Program-made: the position numbers and the translations under genes
Shown here: positions 1-8,760 of the stretch, one piece after another
Numbering within the stretch: position 1 is the stretch's first letter
Layout of the letters: each line of letters begins with the position of its first letter
Notes under the pieces: model-generated
Told to the model about the DNA's origin: nothing
Seen by the model: only the letters and a program-made list of their open reading frames with translations
The model's database searches: none
Source: Mycobacterium leprae TN
GTDB lineage: Bacteria > Actinomycetota > Actinomycetes > Mycobacteriales > Mycobacteriaceae
Direction of reading: 5' to 3'
Assembly (NCBI RefSeq): GCF_000195855.1
Contig: NC_002677.1
Span: 2,130,001-2,162,000, forward strand
DNA length: 32,000 nucleotides

Positions 1-1033
1 CCTCACCTTGGCAACCGACCTCCGCGCCGGAGATAGACGCAAGCTCCTTGTACAGCGAACCAATTGCCCCCGCAGTTAACAAAAACCGCACACTTGTATC
101 GTCTGGGTCTGCCCGCCCAGCGGGACAGTAATGCTGTGCATAATGCAAAACAGCGGGAATGATGCCCGCCGCACCGTTAGTCGGAGCGGTGACCACTCTT
201 CCGCCCACGGCATTCTCCTCGTTGACTGCCAGCGCGACCAGGTTCACCCAGTCCTCGGCGAACACTGGATCGCGATTCGGATCCTCGGCACACAGCCGCT
301 CGTGCCAGGAATGTGCGCGGCGACGCACTTTCAGCCCACCAGGCAGGTAGCCGCCCTGAGCAATACCACGCTGAACGGATTGCGTCATGACGTCACGAAT
401 ATTTAGCAGACCGGCACGTACCTCCTGCTCGGACCTCAGGCTTTGCTCGTACTCGGCCATCAACTCGCAGATTGACATTCCTCGCGTGGCCGCCAATTCT
501 AACAACTCACCCGCCGAGCCAAAGGACACCCCACCAGTGGTCCATTCCGCGCCCTCGGGTGGATCGCCGTGTGCCACGACAAATCCGCCACCGACCGAAT
601 AATAAGTCTCGGCGGCGAGCTTGGTTCCGTCGCGGGCGAGAGCAACGATCGTCATGGCGTTGGGATGCCGGTCCAGCACCGTCTGTGGACGCAGTACGAC
701 ATCGGCTTCGGTGAACTTGATCACGATCAATCCACCCAGACAGATTGTCCCGGCAGCGCGCATACAGGCCAATCGGGTCACCATGTCATCGGCATCAAGC
801 CTCTCGGGATGCTCCCCCTCAAGCCCTAACAGGATAGCCGACATGGTGCCGTGGCCTGCCCCAGTTGCCGCCAGCGATCCGAACAACTCGACACGGATGT
901 CGCACACGTCCTCGAGCAAACCGTTGGCAGCTAAGCCATCGACGAAACGTGCTGCGGCGCGCATTGGACCGACCGTGTGTGAGCTGGACGGCCCTATGCC
1001 GATCGTAAACAGATCGAACACGCTGATGGTCAT
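1..1033 (-). CDS. sdaA: L-serine dehydratase (iron-sulfur L-serine ammonia-lyase), N-terminal about 344 codons; gene continues past the left edge
   Basis: Absent from the ORF track because it has no stop inside the window. My reverse-strand translation starts at the ATG (complement of 1031-1033). It reads [34 protein letters not shown]...[12 protein letters not shown]...[10 protein letters not shown]...[21 protein letters not shown]...[10 protein letters not shown], open to position 1. These are hallmark SdaA motifs. The 169-aa plus-strand ORF 621-1130 is antisense to it. Confidence 0.85.
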   Translation of the reverse strand, partial: MTISVFDLFTIGIGPSSSHTVGPMRAAARFVDGLAANGLLEDVCDIRVELFGSLAATGAGHGTMSAILLGLEGEHPERLDADDMVTRLACMRAAGTICLGGLIVIKFTEADVVLRPQTVLDRHPNAMTIVALARDGTKLAAETYYSVGGGFVVAHGDPPEGAEWTTGGVSFGSAGELLELAATRGMSICELMAEYEQSLRSEQEVRAGLLNIRDVMTQSVQRGIAQGGYLPGGLKVRRRAHSWHERLCAEDPNRDPVFAEDWVNLVALAVNEENAVGGRVVTAPTNGAAGIIPAVLHYAQHYCPAGRADPDDTSVRFLLTAGAIGSLYKELASISGAEVGCQGE

Positions 1034-1290
1034 GATGAAGCCTCGGATGTCTCAGGTCGAGCAGCCATCATCCCCCCATACGTTGACAACGCTTATCGGC
1101 AACCTCCGCCCGTCTGGCCACTGCTGGTGAAAATGTGTATGCGTGAAGCCGATATCATACCAGTAGCGGCACTGTGCAATTCCGCAGATGAGCCAAACTA
1201 TCGGCGAGCATCATGGCATCGACAAGCTGTCCGCTCCAGCAAGTCATTCGCCCGCTTTTCTCGTGTACATTTGTAGAATAGGGAGGCATT

Positions 1291-1614
1291 GTGGCTTATC
1301 TGTTCCTCTTTTGCGCGATCTTTGTGGAGGTGGTGGCGACCACCCTGCTCAAGAGCACCGAAGGCTTCACTCGGCTGGTGCCAACCCTGGCTTGTCTGGC
1401 CGGCTACGCAGTAACTTTCACACTCCTGGCGCTGTCGATCTCACGCGGCATGAAGACAGACGTCGCCTATGCGTTGTGGTCGGCCATCGGCACGGCTGCC
1501 ATCGTGCTGATCGCGGTGCTATTCCTCGACTCACCGGTATCCGTGGCGAAAGTCGTTGGCGTCGCGCTGATTATAGTCGGAGTGATCACGTTGAACCTGG
1601 CCGATGCCCATTGA
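1291..1614 (+). CDS. mmr: SMR-family (EmrE-like) multidrug efflux protein Mmr, 107 aa
   Basis: ORF MAYLFLFCAIFVEVVATTLLKSTEGF...WSAIGTAAIVLIAV...VGVALIIVGVITLNL has four TM segments and the conserved membrane Glu in helix 1 (FVEVV), typical of small multidrug resistance proteins. It starts at GTG 1291, preceded by gggagg at 1281-1286. It resembles M. tuberculosis Mmr (Rv3065) as I recall it. Confidence 0.9.
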   Translation: MAYLFLFCAIFVEVVATTLLKSTEGFTRLVPTLACLAGYAVTFTLLALSISRGMKTDVAYALWSAIGTAAIVLIAVLFLDSPVSVAKVVGVALIIVGVITLNLADAH

Positions 1615-2170
1615 CCACCGCCCCAGATCGCCGTCCACGCGACCCCACCGGTCGCCAACAAGCGATCGTCCAGGCAGCTGGACGCAATAATCACCTGGGG
1701 GTCTCGACGAATCAACCCAGCGCCGAGTACATCCGCCGAGGCGGATGTGCCGGTCGGGTACCACCTAATTACTTCAGCTATCTCGAAGCGCTGCAGGATG
1801 CCCCGCTCACGCACGCGGCGACCACTGCGACCGCATACCTCAGTCAGTGACGTCACGAACTTGAGACGAAGCCCGAGCTTCCCGCCGCACTCCCCCAGCC
1901 CACCGTAGATTACCTGGCCGACCGACACCGCGCACTCAACAGTTCTGTGTATTGCCACCACCCATCGACCGGAATTGCAGCACCTGGCGCGGGGAGTGGC
2001 ATGAGAGCCTAGTCTCGTGCTGCTCAAAACGCACATAGGGCGACGGGACACGGAAACGGTCACCATGTTTCTCGACAGCGCCACTCTGAACTCGCTGATC
2101 ACCGATGCCTCGCTCAGCACCTATTGCACTCACCGACGCCATAGCCAGACTGGCCAAGAATTGCCCCTAG
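1611..2170 (+). pseudogene. TetR-family repressor of mmr (Rv3066-like), multiply frameshifted
   Basis: A TTG at 1611 overlaps the mmr stop (aTTGA). That frame reads TTAPDRRPRDPTGRQQAIVQAAGR...NYFSYLEALQDA, then a stop at 1848-1850. The HTH segment is split over other frames (STQRRV; AEADVPVG). The distal part reappears as TVTMFLDSATLNSLITDASLST and IALTDAIARLAKNCP, with a stop at 2168-2170. No single frame is open. Confidence 0.65.
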
Positions 2171-2534
2171 CGGTTCCAAGGGTGCGCAGATTGCGTCTGG
2201 CGCAGCAATTCGCTGCATGGGCCCCAGGTTCTGTTCCAAACTGGCGATGTTGCGCTACCATTACCCCTCACATGAGGGCCCGGATGTGCTGTTGCACTCG
2301 GTAGGTCAAGCGCTAGGTATTCCTTTTGCACGATGTCTTAATCTCCCCTTCAAGAAAGTTCAGAAATATGTCATCATCTCGATGATAGCCGGGTTCTCCA
2401 CGGAGTGGAGCAAAACATGCCGCGCTGCGGACATCTCCTGGGGTAAGAGTTCGTAACGTCAAATATCACAATGCTGTCTCAACGAGATCGAGAAACGCAT
2501 CCACATAATTGTACATTATAATTATATATAGGTT

Positions 2535-2960
2535 TTACACGAGATAGCCTGGAAAAAGCCGCGTGTAGATATCCTCCCGGAGCAAGTGGATTGTGCGCCA
2601 ATTGATGCCACGCTGCCCAGCCACCTGAATCATCGGCAGGATTGGCATCACTCCGATGCCACCGATCGCGAACAACACGTCTTGTTTATCCATGACGAGA
2701 TAAAACGTGTTGCGAGGACCTTCGAACTCGCATATGTCACCCACCTCGAAGATGTCATGGATCGCCGTGCACCTCCAGGGAGAACCGCGCAGCGAGTACT
2801 GGCGTCGGCCATACTGATGTGCACACCTGACGTCCAGGACGGCAGCAATCCACCTTGCGCATCAGCCAAGGTTAACGCGACCACGTCGGGCGTGAGCAAT
2901 TCACGTTGGGTGGATTACCGCGGTGTTGATCCGCTGCACCGATACCACCCGCGCTGGCGA
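2535..2960 (-). pseudogene. Fragment of a ferredoxin-NAD(P) reductase (phthalate-dioxygenase-reductase type)
   Basis: Two minus-strand frames carry LTPDVVALTLADAQGGLLPSWTSGVHISM and EFEGPRNTFYLVMDKQDVLFAIGGIGVMPILPMIQVAGQRGINW. These correspond to the FAD-binding barrel and the GGIGITP NAD-binding motif. The reading ends in AT-rich sequence at 2461-2535, so the 2Fe-2S domain is missing. Confidence 0.45.
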
Positions 2961-3394
2961 CCACTGTGACGCCGACACGAATCAGCCGAAGAGAATACCT
3001 GCACCCCACAACGCGATGTAGGAACTGTCGCACTTGTGGCAACCGTACAAATTAGCAGATTTATTATATCCAAATGTTTTGTTAAACAGCAAATCTCGCT
3101 CTGCTGGTCGAAGACCTTCCGCGGGAACGACACTCTCGATGGCCAGGTCGACCCACTTGCTGGTGAGCCGGCCGACGACGCCGGGAGGTGAGGTAACGAT
3201 CTAGTGCCCAACCGCGATCGGGACGATTACGCTGCGAGCCGGTGAGCCGCTGCAGGGCAGGTGACACGAAATAGAAATAATGTAGTGAGGCACACTATCA
3301 GTAACCTGTATCGGGACCGGAATTTACGGCCACTGCGCCCCGGGAGCCAACTCCGGCCCGGGAATGTTGCCGCGGTCAGGATTGAGTCCATTGA

Positions 3395-3759
3395 GGTAAT
3401 CATCAATCGACCGGTACACTCACATTGAGCCTGGCGTTCGAGCTCGGCGGAGTAGTCAGCGAACTGGCCGAAAGCCAAATCCTGCACCTGGATGCGATCA
3501 CTATCGTCCGGGGGGCGCGGCCAAAAAGACCGGACCGGCAACGAGATCGCCTTCCACCGCCACCAGGACGACGCCTTCGAAAACGTTAACCGACACGGAC
3601 ATCCCGCAGCTTCGCATGCATGATTTGCGTCACCCTGTTGTTTACTATGGGAAAGCCCCGACCACCGTGCAGCGGATTCCTGGCGACACAGTTCGATTAG
3701 GCTGTGCAGCGGCGCTGCGCCCTAGCCTCGATAGGCACTTTGTTCGAACCCGTAGGTGA
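3395..3759 (+). pseudogene. C-terminal catalytic-domain fragment of a tyrosine recombinase (phage-type integrase)
   Basis: Frame 2 (3395-3580) reads TLSLAFELGGVVSELAESQILHLDAITIVRGARPKRP, which is box I-like with the catalytic Arg replaced. Frame 1 (3541-3759) reads TDIPQLRMHDLRHPVVYYGKAPTTVQRIPG, which is the box II HxLRH motif. There is a frameshift between the two parts. The N-terminal two-thirds and the catalytic Tyr region cannot be recovered. The fragment lies 88 nt from the 3' end of tRNA-Ala. Confidence 0.5.
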
Positions 3760-3846
3760 AGAGTCGTCCGGCCGGTTGTCGTCAGTGAAGCCGCCGTTGT
3801 AGTCAAACGTTCAAGAACGAAACTCACAACACGGCTTCTTCCGTAG

Positions 3847-3919
3847 TGGAGCTAAGGGGACTCGAACCCCTGACCCCCACACTGCCAGTGTGGTGCGCTA
3901 CCAGCTGCGCCATAGCCCC
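3847..3919 (-). tRNA. tRNA-Ala (anticodon GGC), 73 nt, no encoded CCA
   Basis: The reverse complement folds as GGGGCTA TG GCGC AGCTGGTA GCGC A CCACA CTGGCAG TGTGG GGGTC AGGGG TTCGAGT CCCCT TAGCTCC A. This is a full cloverleaf with anticodon loop CT-GGC-AG and the G3:U70 alanine identity pair. Confidence 0.9.
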
Positions 3920-3986
3920 GAGAAGTTGTGCTCGTCGAAGCTACACCAACTGCCAGGCAGCGTTCAAAGTCACTGGCCAAGTGCCC

Positions 3987-4961
3987 TTACCCGATAGCTT
4001 GATTGACCACCTCGCAGGCGGTCTTTTGCACTTCGGCCAGATGCTCCGGTCCGTTGAAGGACTCTGCGTAGATTTTGTAGACATCCTCGGTACCCGATGG
4101 TCGTGCGGCACACCACGCGTTGGCCGTCGTCACCTTCAAGCCGCCCAGCGGAGTAGCGTTGTCCGGCGCGGCGGTGAACTTCGCGGTGATCGGCTCACCC
4201 GCCAACTCGGTGGCTTTCAACCTGATCTGCCAACACCCTGGCCAGCCGAGCTTTCTGATCACGGTCAACGGGCGAGTCAAGCCGAGCATACGACGAGGTG
4301 CCGTACTTGGCGGTCAGCTCCTGGTAGCGCTGTGAGGGGGTGCAACCAATGACGGCCAAGATCTCAGAAGCCAGGATGATGCCGTCCTTGTCGGTGGTCC
4401 ACACCGATCCATCTCGCCGCAGGAACGACGCCCCCGTCGATTCCTCGCCGCCGAAGCCGATCATGCCACCGAGCAAACTGTCGACGAACCATTTGAACCC
4501 GAACAACACTTCGACCATCTCACGACCGAGACCGGACGATCACCCGGTCGATGATCCAGGAACTGACCGCGGTCTTACCGACCGCTATACCTGTTGGCGC
4601 TATACCTGTTGGTAAGGACGGCCGGTGCGTGTAAAAGTAGTCGATTACCACCGCCAGATAATAGTTCGGATTCACAAACCCGCATCGAGGTCACGATATC
4701 CGTAGCGATCGGAGTCGGCGTCGTTGCCGGTGGCGATCTGATCGTGGTACCAGTTGACGATGAGCGAGGCCATCGCGTCGGTGCGACCGCGGTTGTAGGT
4801 CAGGATCGCATGACTGATCGCCGGCATCGGCGTATAGCGGTTACGGTAATCCACCACCGCTAGCACTTCACTAGCGGCGAGGACCTCCAACTCCGAAACA
4901 CATGCCCGCTCAGAAAAGCTGTGCGTGTCAGGGCCTAGGAATAATGAACCAGTGTCACCTT
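3987..4961 (-). pseudogene. pgmA: Phosphoglucomutase pseudogene: 5'-truncated, internally deleted and frameshifted
   Basis: Minus-strand fragments lie in different frames. They read GSLFLGPDTHSFSERACVSELEVLAASEVLAVVDYRNRYTPMPAISHAILTYNRGRTD, joined directly to AMASLIVNWYHDQIATGNDADSDRYG...[18 protein letters not shown], then FKWFVDSLLGGMIGFGGEESTGASFLRRDGSVWTTDKDGII, then GEPITAKFTAAPDNATPLGGLKVTTANAWCAARPSGTEDVYKIYAESF. The catalytic phosphoserine loop (TPSHNP) region is missing. The first roughly 70 codons are replaced by RLEP sequence at 4962. Confidence 0.8.
4583..4612. repeat. Perfect tandem duplication, 2 x 15 bp (cgctatacctgttgg)
   Basis: Read directly from the sequence: 4583-4597 equals 4598-4612. 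It is in frame within the pgmA remnant and duplicates PTGIA on the minus strand. Confidence 0.9.
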
Positions 4962-5324
4962 TACCGTGCACGGGGACGTGCCTGTTCAGGTGCGGCCACA
5001 TTGACCACGCCGACACCTCAAGGCCATGACATGCACACTAAAACGCCCCTACCCCGCGGCGCTAACAACTATCCTCACACCCACGCCTGCATCGATATCG
5101 CCTTCAGCACAGCCCAGGTGCCCAGCCCCTGGCATCATCAACATGTAGACCAAGCAGCATCCACCACCGACATGCTTACGTGCGCCGCGCTAATCGTGTC
5201 CACTGCGGCAAAGCACACGAAGCCTCATCGAAAGCAGGCAGTCAGCCACCCACCAACAAAAACCCCGCAACACAGCAAAACACGTCAACAGGATTCCGGG
5301 CTGCCCCCCACGACTACCGAACAT
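4962..5324 (-). mobile_element. Truncated RLEP dispersed repeat (363 bp of the core), inverted relative to the copy at 22380
   Basis: 4962-5324 is the reverse complement of 22380-22742. The only mismatch I found is at 5081. Track ORFs 4902-5354 and 5180-5419 translate identically to 22365-22703 and 22330-22524. Similarity stops abruptly at both ends. The part carrying the diagnostic primer sites (equivalent to 22743-22924) is absent. Confidence 0.85.
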
Positions 5325-5493
5325 GTCTTACTGTCTCGGCAAAAGATGCGCTGACCGCCGTGCGCGACCCGCGGGCACAGGCAGTCGGAACCGCCAGCCA
5401 ACAATGTTCAGTCATATGAACACAGCGGGTAAACGCTAATCACGATAGTCCAATCGTCTGAAGTGGGGGCTTGGGTGGCGGGCAGGGCTGAAG

Positions 5494-5567
5494 TGGGGCG
5501 GGCGGGGCTCGAACCCGCGACCAACGGATTATGAGTCCGCGGCTCTAACCAACTGAGCTACCGCCCC
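5494..5567 (-). tRNA. tRNA with anticodon CAT (elongator Met, or Ile2 if lysidine-modified), 74 nt, no encoded CCA
   Basis: The reverse complement folds as GGGGCGG TA GCTC AGTTGGTTA GAGC C GCGGA CTCATAA TCCGT TGGTC GCGGG TTCGAGC CCCGC CCGCCCC A. The anticodon stem lacks the three consecutive G:C pairs of initiator tRNA, so it is not tRNA-fMet. Confidence 0.85.
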
Positions 5568-6026
5568 CTTAATCTAATCTAGTGCAAGTCCAGCTTGCGT
5601 CCTCGACATATTCAGCAGCTACGTCCGCGACGCTATCCAGTCGCTTAACGAGTGTCCGTTGCGGTGAAGCGCACTAGCAGCCCGTCGCGTGCACAAGAAG
5701 TCTCTGCACAGGCTTGACCTCAGTGCCTGCGTTAATCGCCAACGACACCATAGTCTGCTGTAGTCCGTGTAGTACGGAACCTATTGGCCACCAACGCATT
5801 GCAAGCTTTAACGAACGCTCTGCAGTACTCGTCGACGGGTAGATACGCAGTGACGACTTGGGAACAGGAGTGCGTTCAGAAACTAACCACCCTTGAAACT
5901 TGCGAACCCCTCAACCACCCCTCAGACGTCGTGTTTGATCTCAGTGCTCCGTCATATCGGCGATAACCGAATAGGAATATAATGTACGAGTTTTGTTTTC
6001 AAGCCTTCGAGTGACTGCACAGCCCT

Positions 6027-7969
6027 TTATTCCGCGCTACTCGAACCCTCGGAGTTCACCAACCGTGATATCCGCGATTCTATATCGTCAAGCATTATTA
6101 GCGCGATCGCGTCTCGAATGAGGCCGACGGCGCGGACCATCTTGTCGGTGGTGCGATCATGAAGTAGCTGGCACAAGAACGGCGAATACTTTCGACGAAA
6201 CAGCAGCACCGTAACCTTGCTGTCTAGATGCTCATTGAGCACTTGAGCTATCAACTCATGTGCGACCCGAATCAGGTGGTAATCCGGGCAGTTGACCACC
6301 CGCAGCGGCGTGTGGTGTTCAAAATGCTCCCAGCGTTCCTTGAGCCACGCAGCATAATCAGCTTCGATCAAGGAAGTGCACCGCGGTGAGGTCGCCGGAA
6401 TGCAGGCCATTTCCGTAGCGCAGTGCCTCGATCTCGGCGAAATCAACCGAATCCACGAAGCCCAGTACCCGAAGGCGCAGATGCTTGGCTAGTAGGAACG
6501 TTCGGTGTGGAACATCTCCAGAACGGGAGCCTCAGCGCGGTATTGTCGGTTGAACCGCACCAAAGCCAAAACCAGCACGGGAAACATAACAAAGAGGAAC
6601 CACTCACTTTTGGTCAAATTAACCACCGCGAAAATTCCCACCATGATCGTCTATAACACTTCCGCCAGCAAGTTGATCACCAGCTTGTCCTGCAGCGAGT
6701 CAGGTGATGTTTAGCCATGCCGTAGCCAGCCATCGAAAACCCGGTGAACACACCGATTGCGAAGAAGCATTGACCCAGCAGCCGGTGATAACCAGCAACG
6801 CCACGGACATCACAGGTAAGCGTCGAAAGTCCGTTAGAAAACACCAAACGATGGTTATGCTTCATCAACATCAACTAGGCGCGGCAGAAAACGTTCCTCA
6901 GCAACAAAATTGGTCAACGCGGGAAAACCCTTAAACTCGTGTTGCAACCGGTAAAAGGATGGCCGCAGACGACGCTTGCACCAAAAACACAGGATGTTGC
7001 TCATCACACCGTGACCGAAGACCACCCGGGTAATCTCGGATAGCATCGATGGATACCCGTCAACACTAGGGCGTGGCGTGGGTAACATACGCCAACCAGA
7101 CCACGCCCACCAGCAATACCCCGAGAATGCAGGCCAACGCGGTCAGCGCCCGATGCGTGTTAACACCTTCGGGCTGAAAGAAATTGCTGATCGCGTTGGC
7201 AATGGCCTCAACACCGGTAAACTATGAGCCACCGTTGGCGAATGCCCGCAACACGGCCAACAACTTCACACCCATCAATAGATCGCCACCCTGATGAACC
7301 GGCACCGCCCCGACAATCTGCTGCGGATCATATTTCGTTAAGCACCAAGCAATTTAACAAACAAAACCGACCACGATCGTCAGCGACGACCATAGCTACA
7401 AAGGCGTAAGTCGGTAACGCAAAAAGCACTCCGGCCTACCGCAATTCACGGAGATTCGTCAGACACATCAGCAACACCACACCCACCGTGCTCTCCAGGT
7501 TGCAGGGGCCTCGCACCGGTATCGCCAAAACCATCGCCACTGTCCCGTCCGCGCACTGCACCACGACAGTGACTACGTCCATCTACCAGCCGCATGCGGC
7601 GGCGATCCGCACCACACGTGGCCCGCGGTTGTTCCTATACGACCACGTATTATCCACCGGACCGGGTATAGACCATGACGACTTGGACGATTTGCCAATA
7701 TGACGCAGCCACCAACACCAGAATCAACAGGATGACATCGGTGATCGGCAGCAGCAAAGCGAAACAGCCATCCCGGCTGCCGACAGCAACTCAATCATGA
7801 CTTGTTCAGGACCGTAGGCGGTCGAGAAAATCGCTTCCAGCGAAAGGACACCGAGAAAAACAGGATTCGATAATCGTTCGTGTTGCAGCCGGTCGGTGAT
7901 CAACGCTGCTCCCGAACAAGCCGTGCTTACACACATCGAAAGAATGTAACCATGTACTCCATCTGTCAA
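6027..7969 (-). pseudogene. APC-superfamily transporter with cytoplasmic C-terminal domain, fragmented over several frames
   Basis: Minus-strand fragments read LSLEAIFSTAYGPEQVMIELL (N-terminal LxSDAxSSxAYxxEE-type motif), HRLVFSNGLSTL, AIGVFTGFSMAGYGM, and the C-terminal VTVLLFRRKYSPFLCQLLHDRTTDKMVRAV. The total span of about 1.9 kb fits a transporter of about 650 aa. There are many stops and frame changes. Confidence 0.55.
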
Positions 7970-8760
7970 TCAAAATCGTTGTCAAGAGTCAATTTTTCTT
8001 TTCCGGCACGTATACTTCGAAGAAAACCTAAAGTCTTCGTGCGCTACATAGATTTACGGAATATCCAGGAGCAGAATGTTGTCAATGTATTTCGGAATTC
8101 AGTTGATATCTATATAAAAAATCATGGCTCCGAATAGGGAAGAAATTCCGCTGCATAACATGTGAACCTGCCGCCAACAACAGTCTTGGCTATCAATTAT
8201 TTTGGCACTTAAATTAGCAACACGGTTTCTCTAGTAATCCAGTCCAGCCGGTAACAAACCGGTAACTATATTTGTGATGCAGAACAATAAAATTGATTAT
8301 ATTTTAGCAAGCTTATCAGACCATTCTTGTACAACATGGTTAATTTGTTTCTAATATCGACCAAGATGTCCGATTAACCGAGTTACTAATTAATGTTATC
8401 GTAAACAAGAAAAGACCTATGCCAGCTGTAAAAATTATTGCTATGGAATCGTTTTTCGTACGATTTGACACCATAAGAATTTAATGTGGTTATCTAGATC
8501 AATGTTTCACTGAGGAGTAGAAACCCGTGCGCCAGCACAATTATTGTCAGAGGTGACTAAGTATTGGCTACGACAAAAATTTAAGAGGGCGAAGGCAAGT
8601 ATCGCCAAACTCCTCGGTCCTGAATTCACCGGAGCCCGAGTCAAAACGGAACTCGCCAAAGCGGGGGTAACAAAAGCAACCACCGTCATCTGTTCCGGAA
8701 ATGATAACGTGACGAATTTTTAAATTAATTTCCTAGCAAGGAAATCAAATAAAAATATTT
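7970..8760. other. AT-rich non-coding island
   Basis: Two 60-nt lines I counted (8281-8340 and 8401-8460) have 17/60 and 20/60 G+C, well below the visibly GC-richer flanks. No ORF has recognisable content. It contains a small inverted repeat atttcct-agca-aggaaat near 8727-8744. Confidence 0.6.

Noticed and set aside
621-1130. A 169-aa plus-strand ORF
   Set aside because: It lies entirely antisense to sdaA, whose reverse-strand translation is open and full of diagnostic motifs. The product is a low-complexity Ser/Ala/Pro/Arg-rich sequence.
1467-2120. A 217-aa minus-strand ORF, one of the longest in the left part of the window
   Set aside because: Its 3' part is antisense to the well-supported mmr gene. 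The rest is antisense to the TetR remnant, whose motifs read clearly on the plus strand. It has no recognisable motifs of its own. Long antisense ORFs are expected in GC-rich DNA.
2515-2535. A short AT/TA run (attataattatatatag) as a possible microsatellite typing locus
   Set aside because: It has only about four TA units and is interrupted, far shorter than the polymorphic (TA)n or (AT)n loci used for M. leprae typing.
4902-5354. ORFs of 150 and 79 aa inside the left RLEP copy, with twins at 22365-22703 and 22330-22524, as possible RLEP-encoded proteins
   Set aside because: They are Pro/Thr/His/Ala-rich low-complexity translations of C/A-rich DNA with no domain I recognise. The left-copy ORF starts outside the repeat. 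RLEP is described as non-coding as far as I know. The identical translations only reflect nucleotide identity of the repeat.
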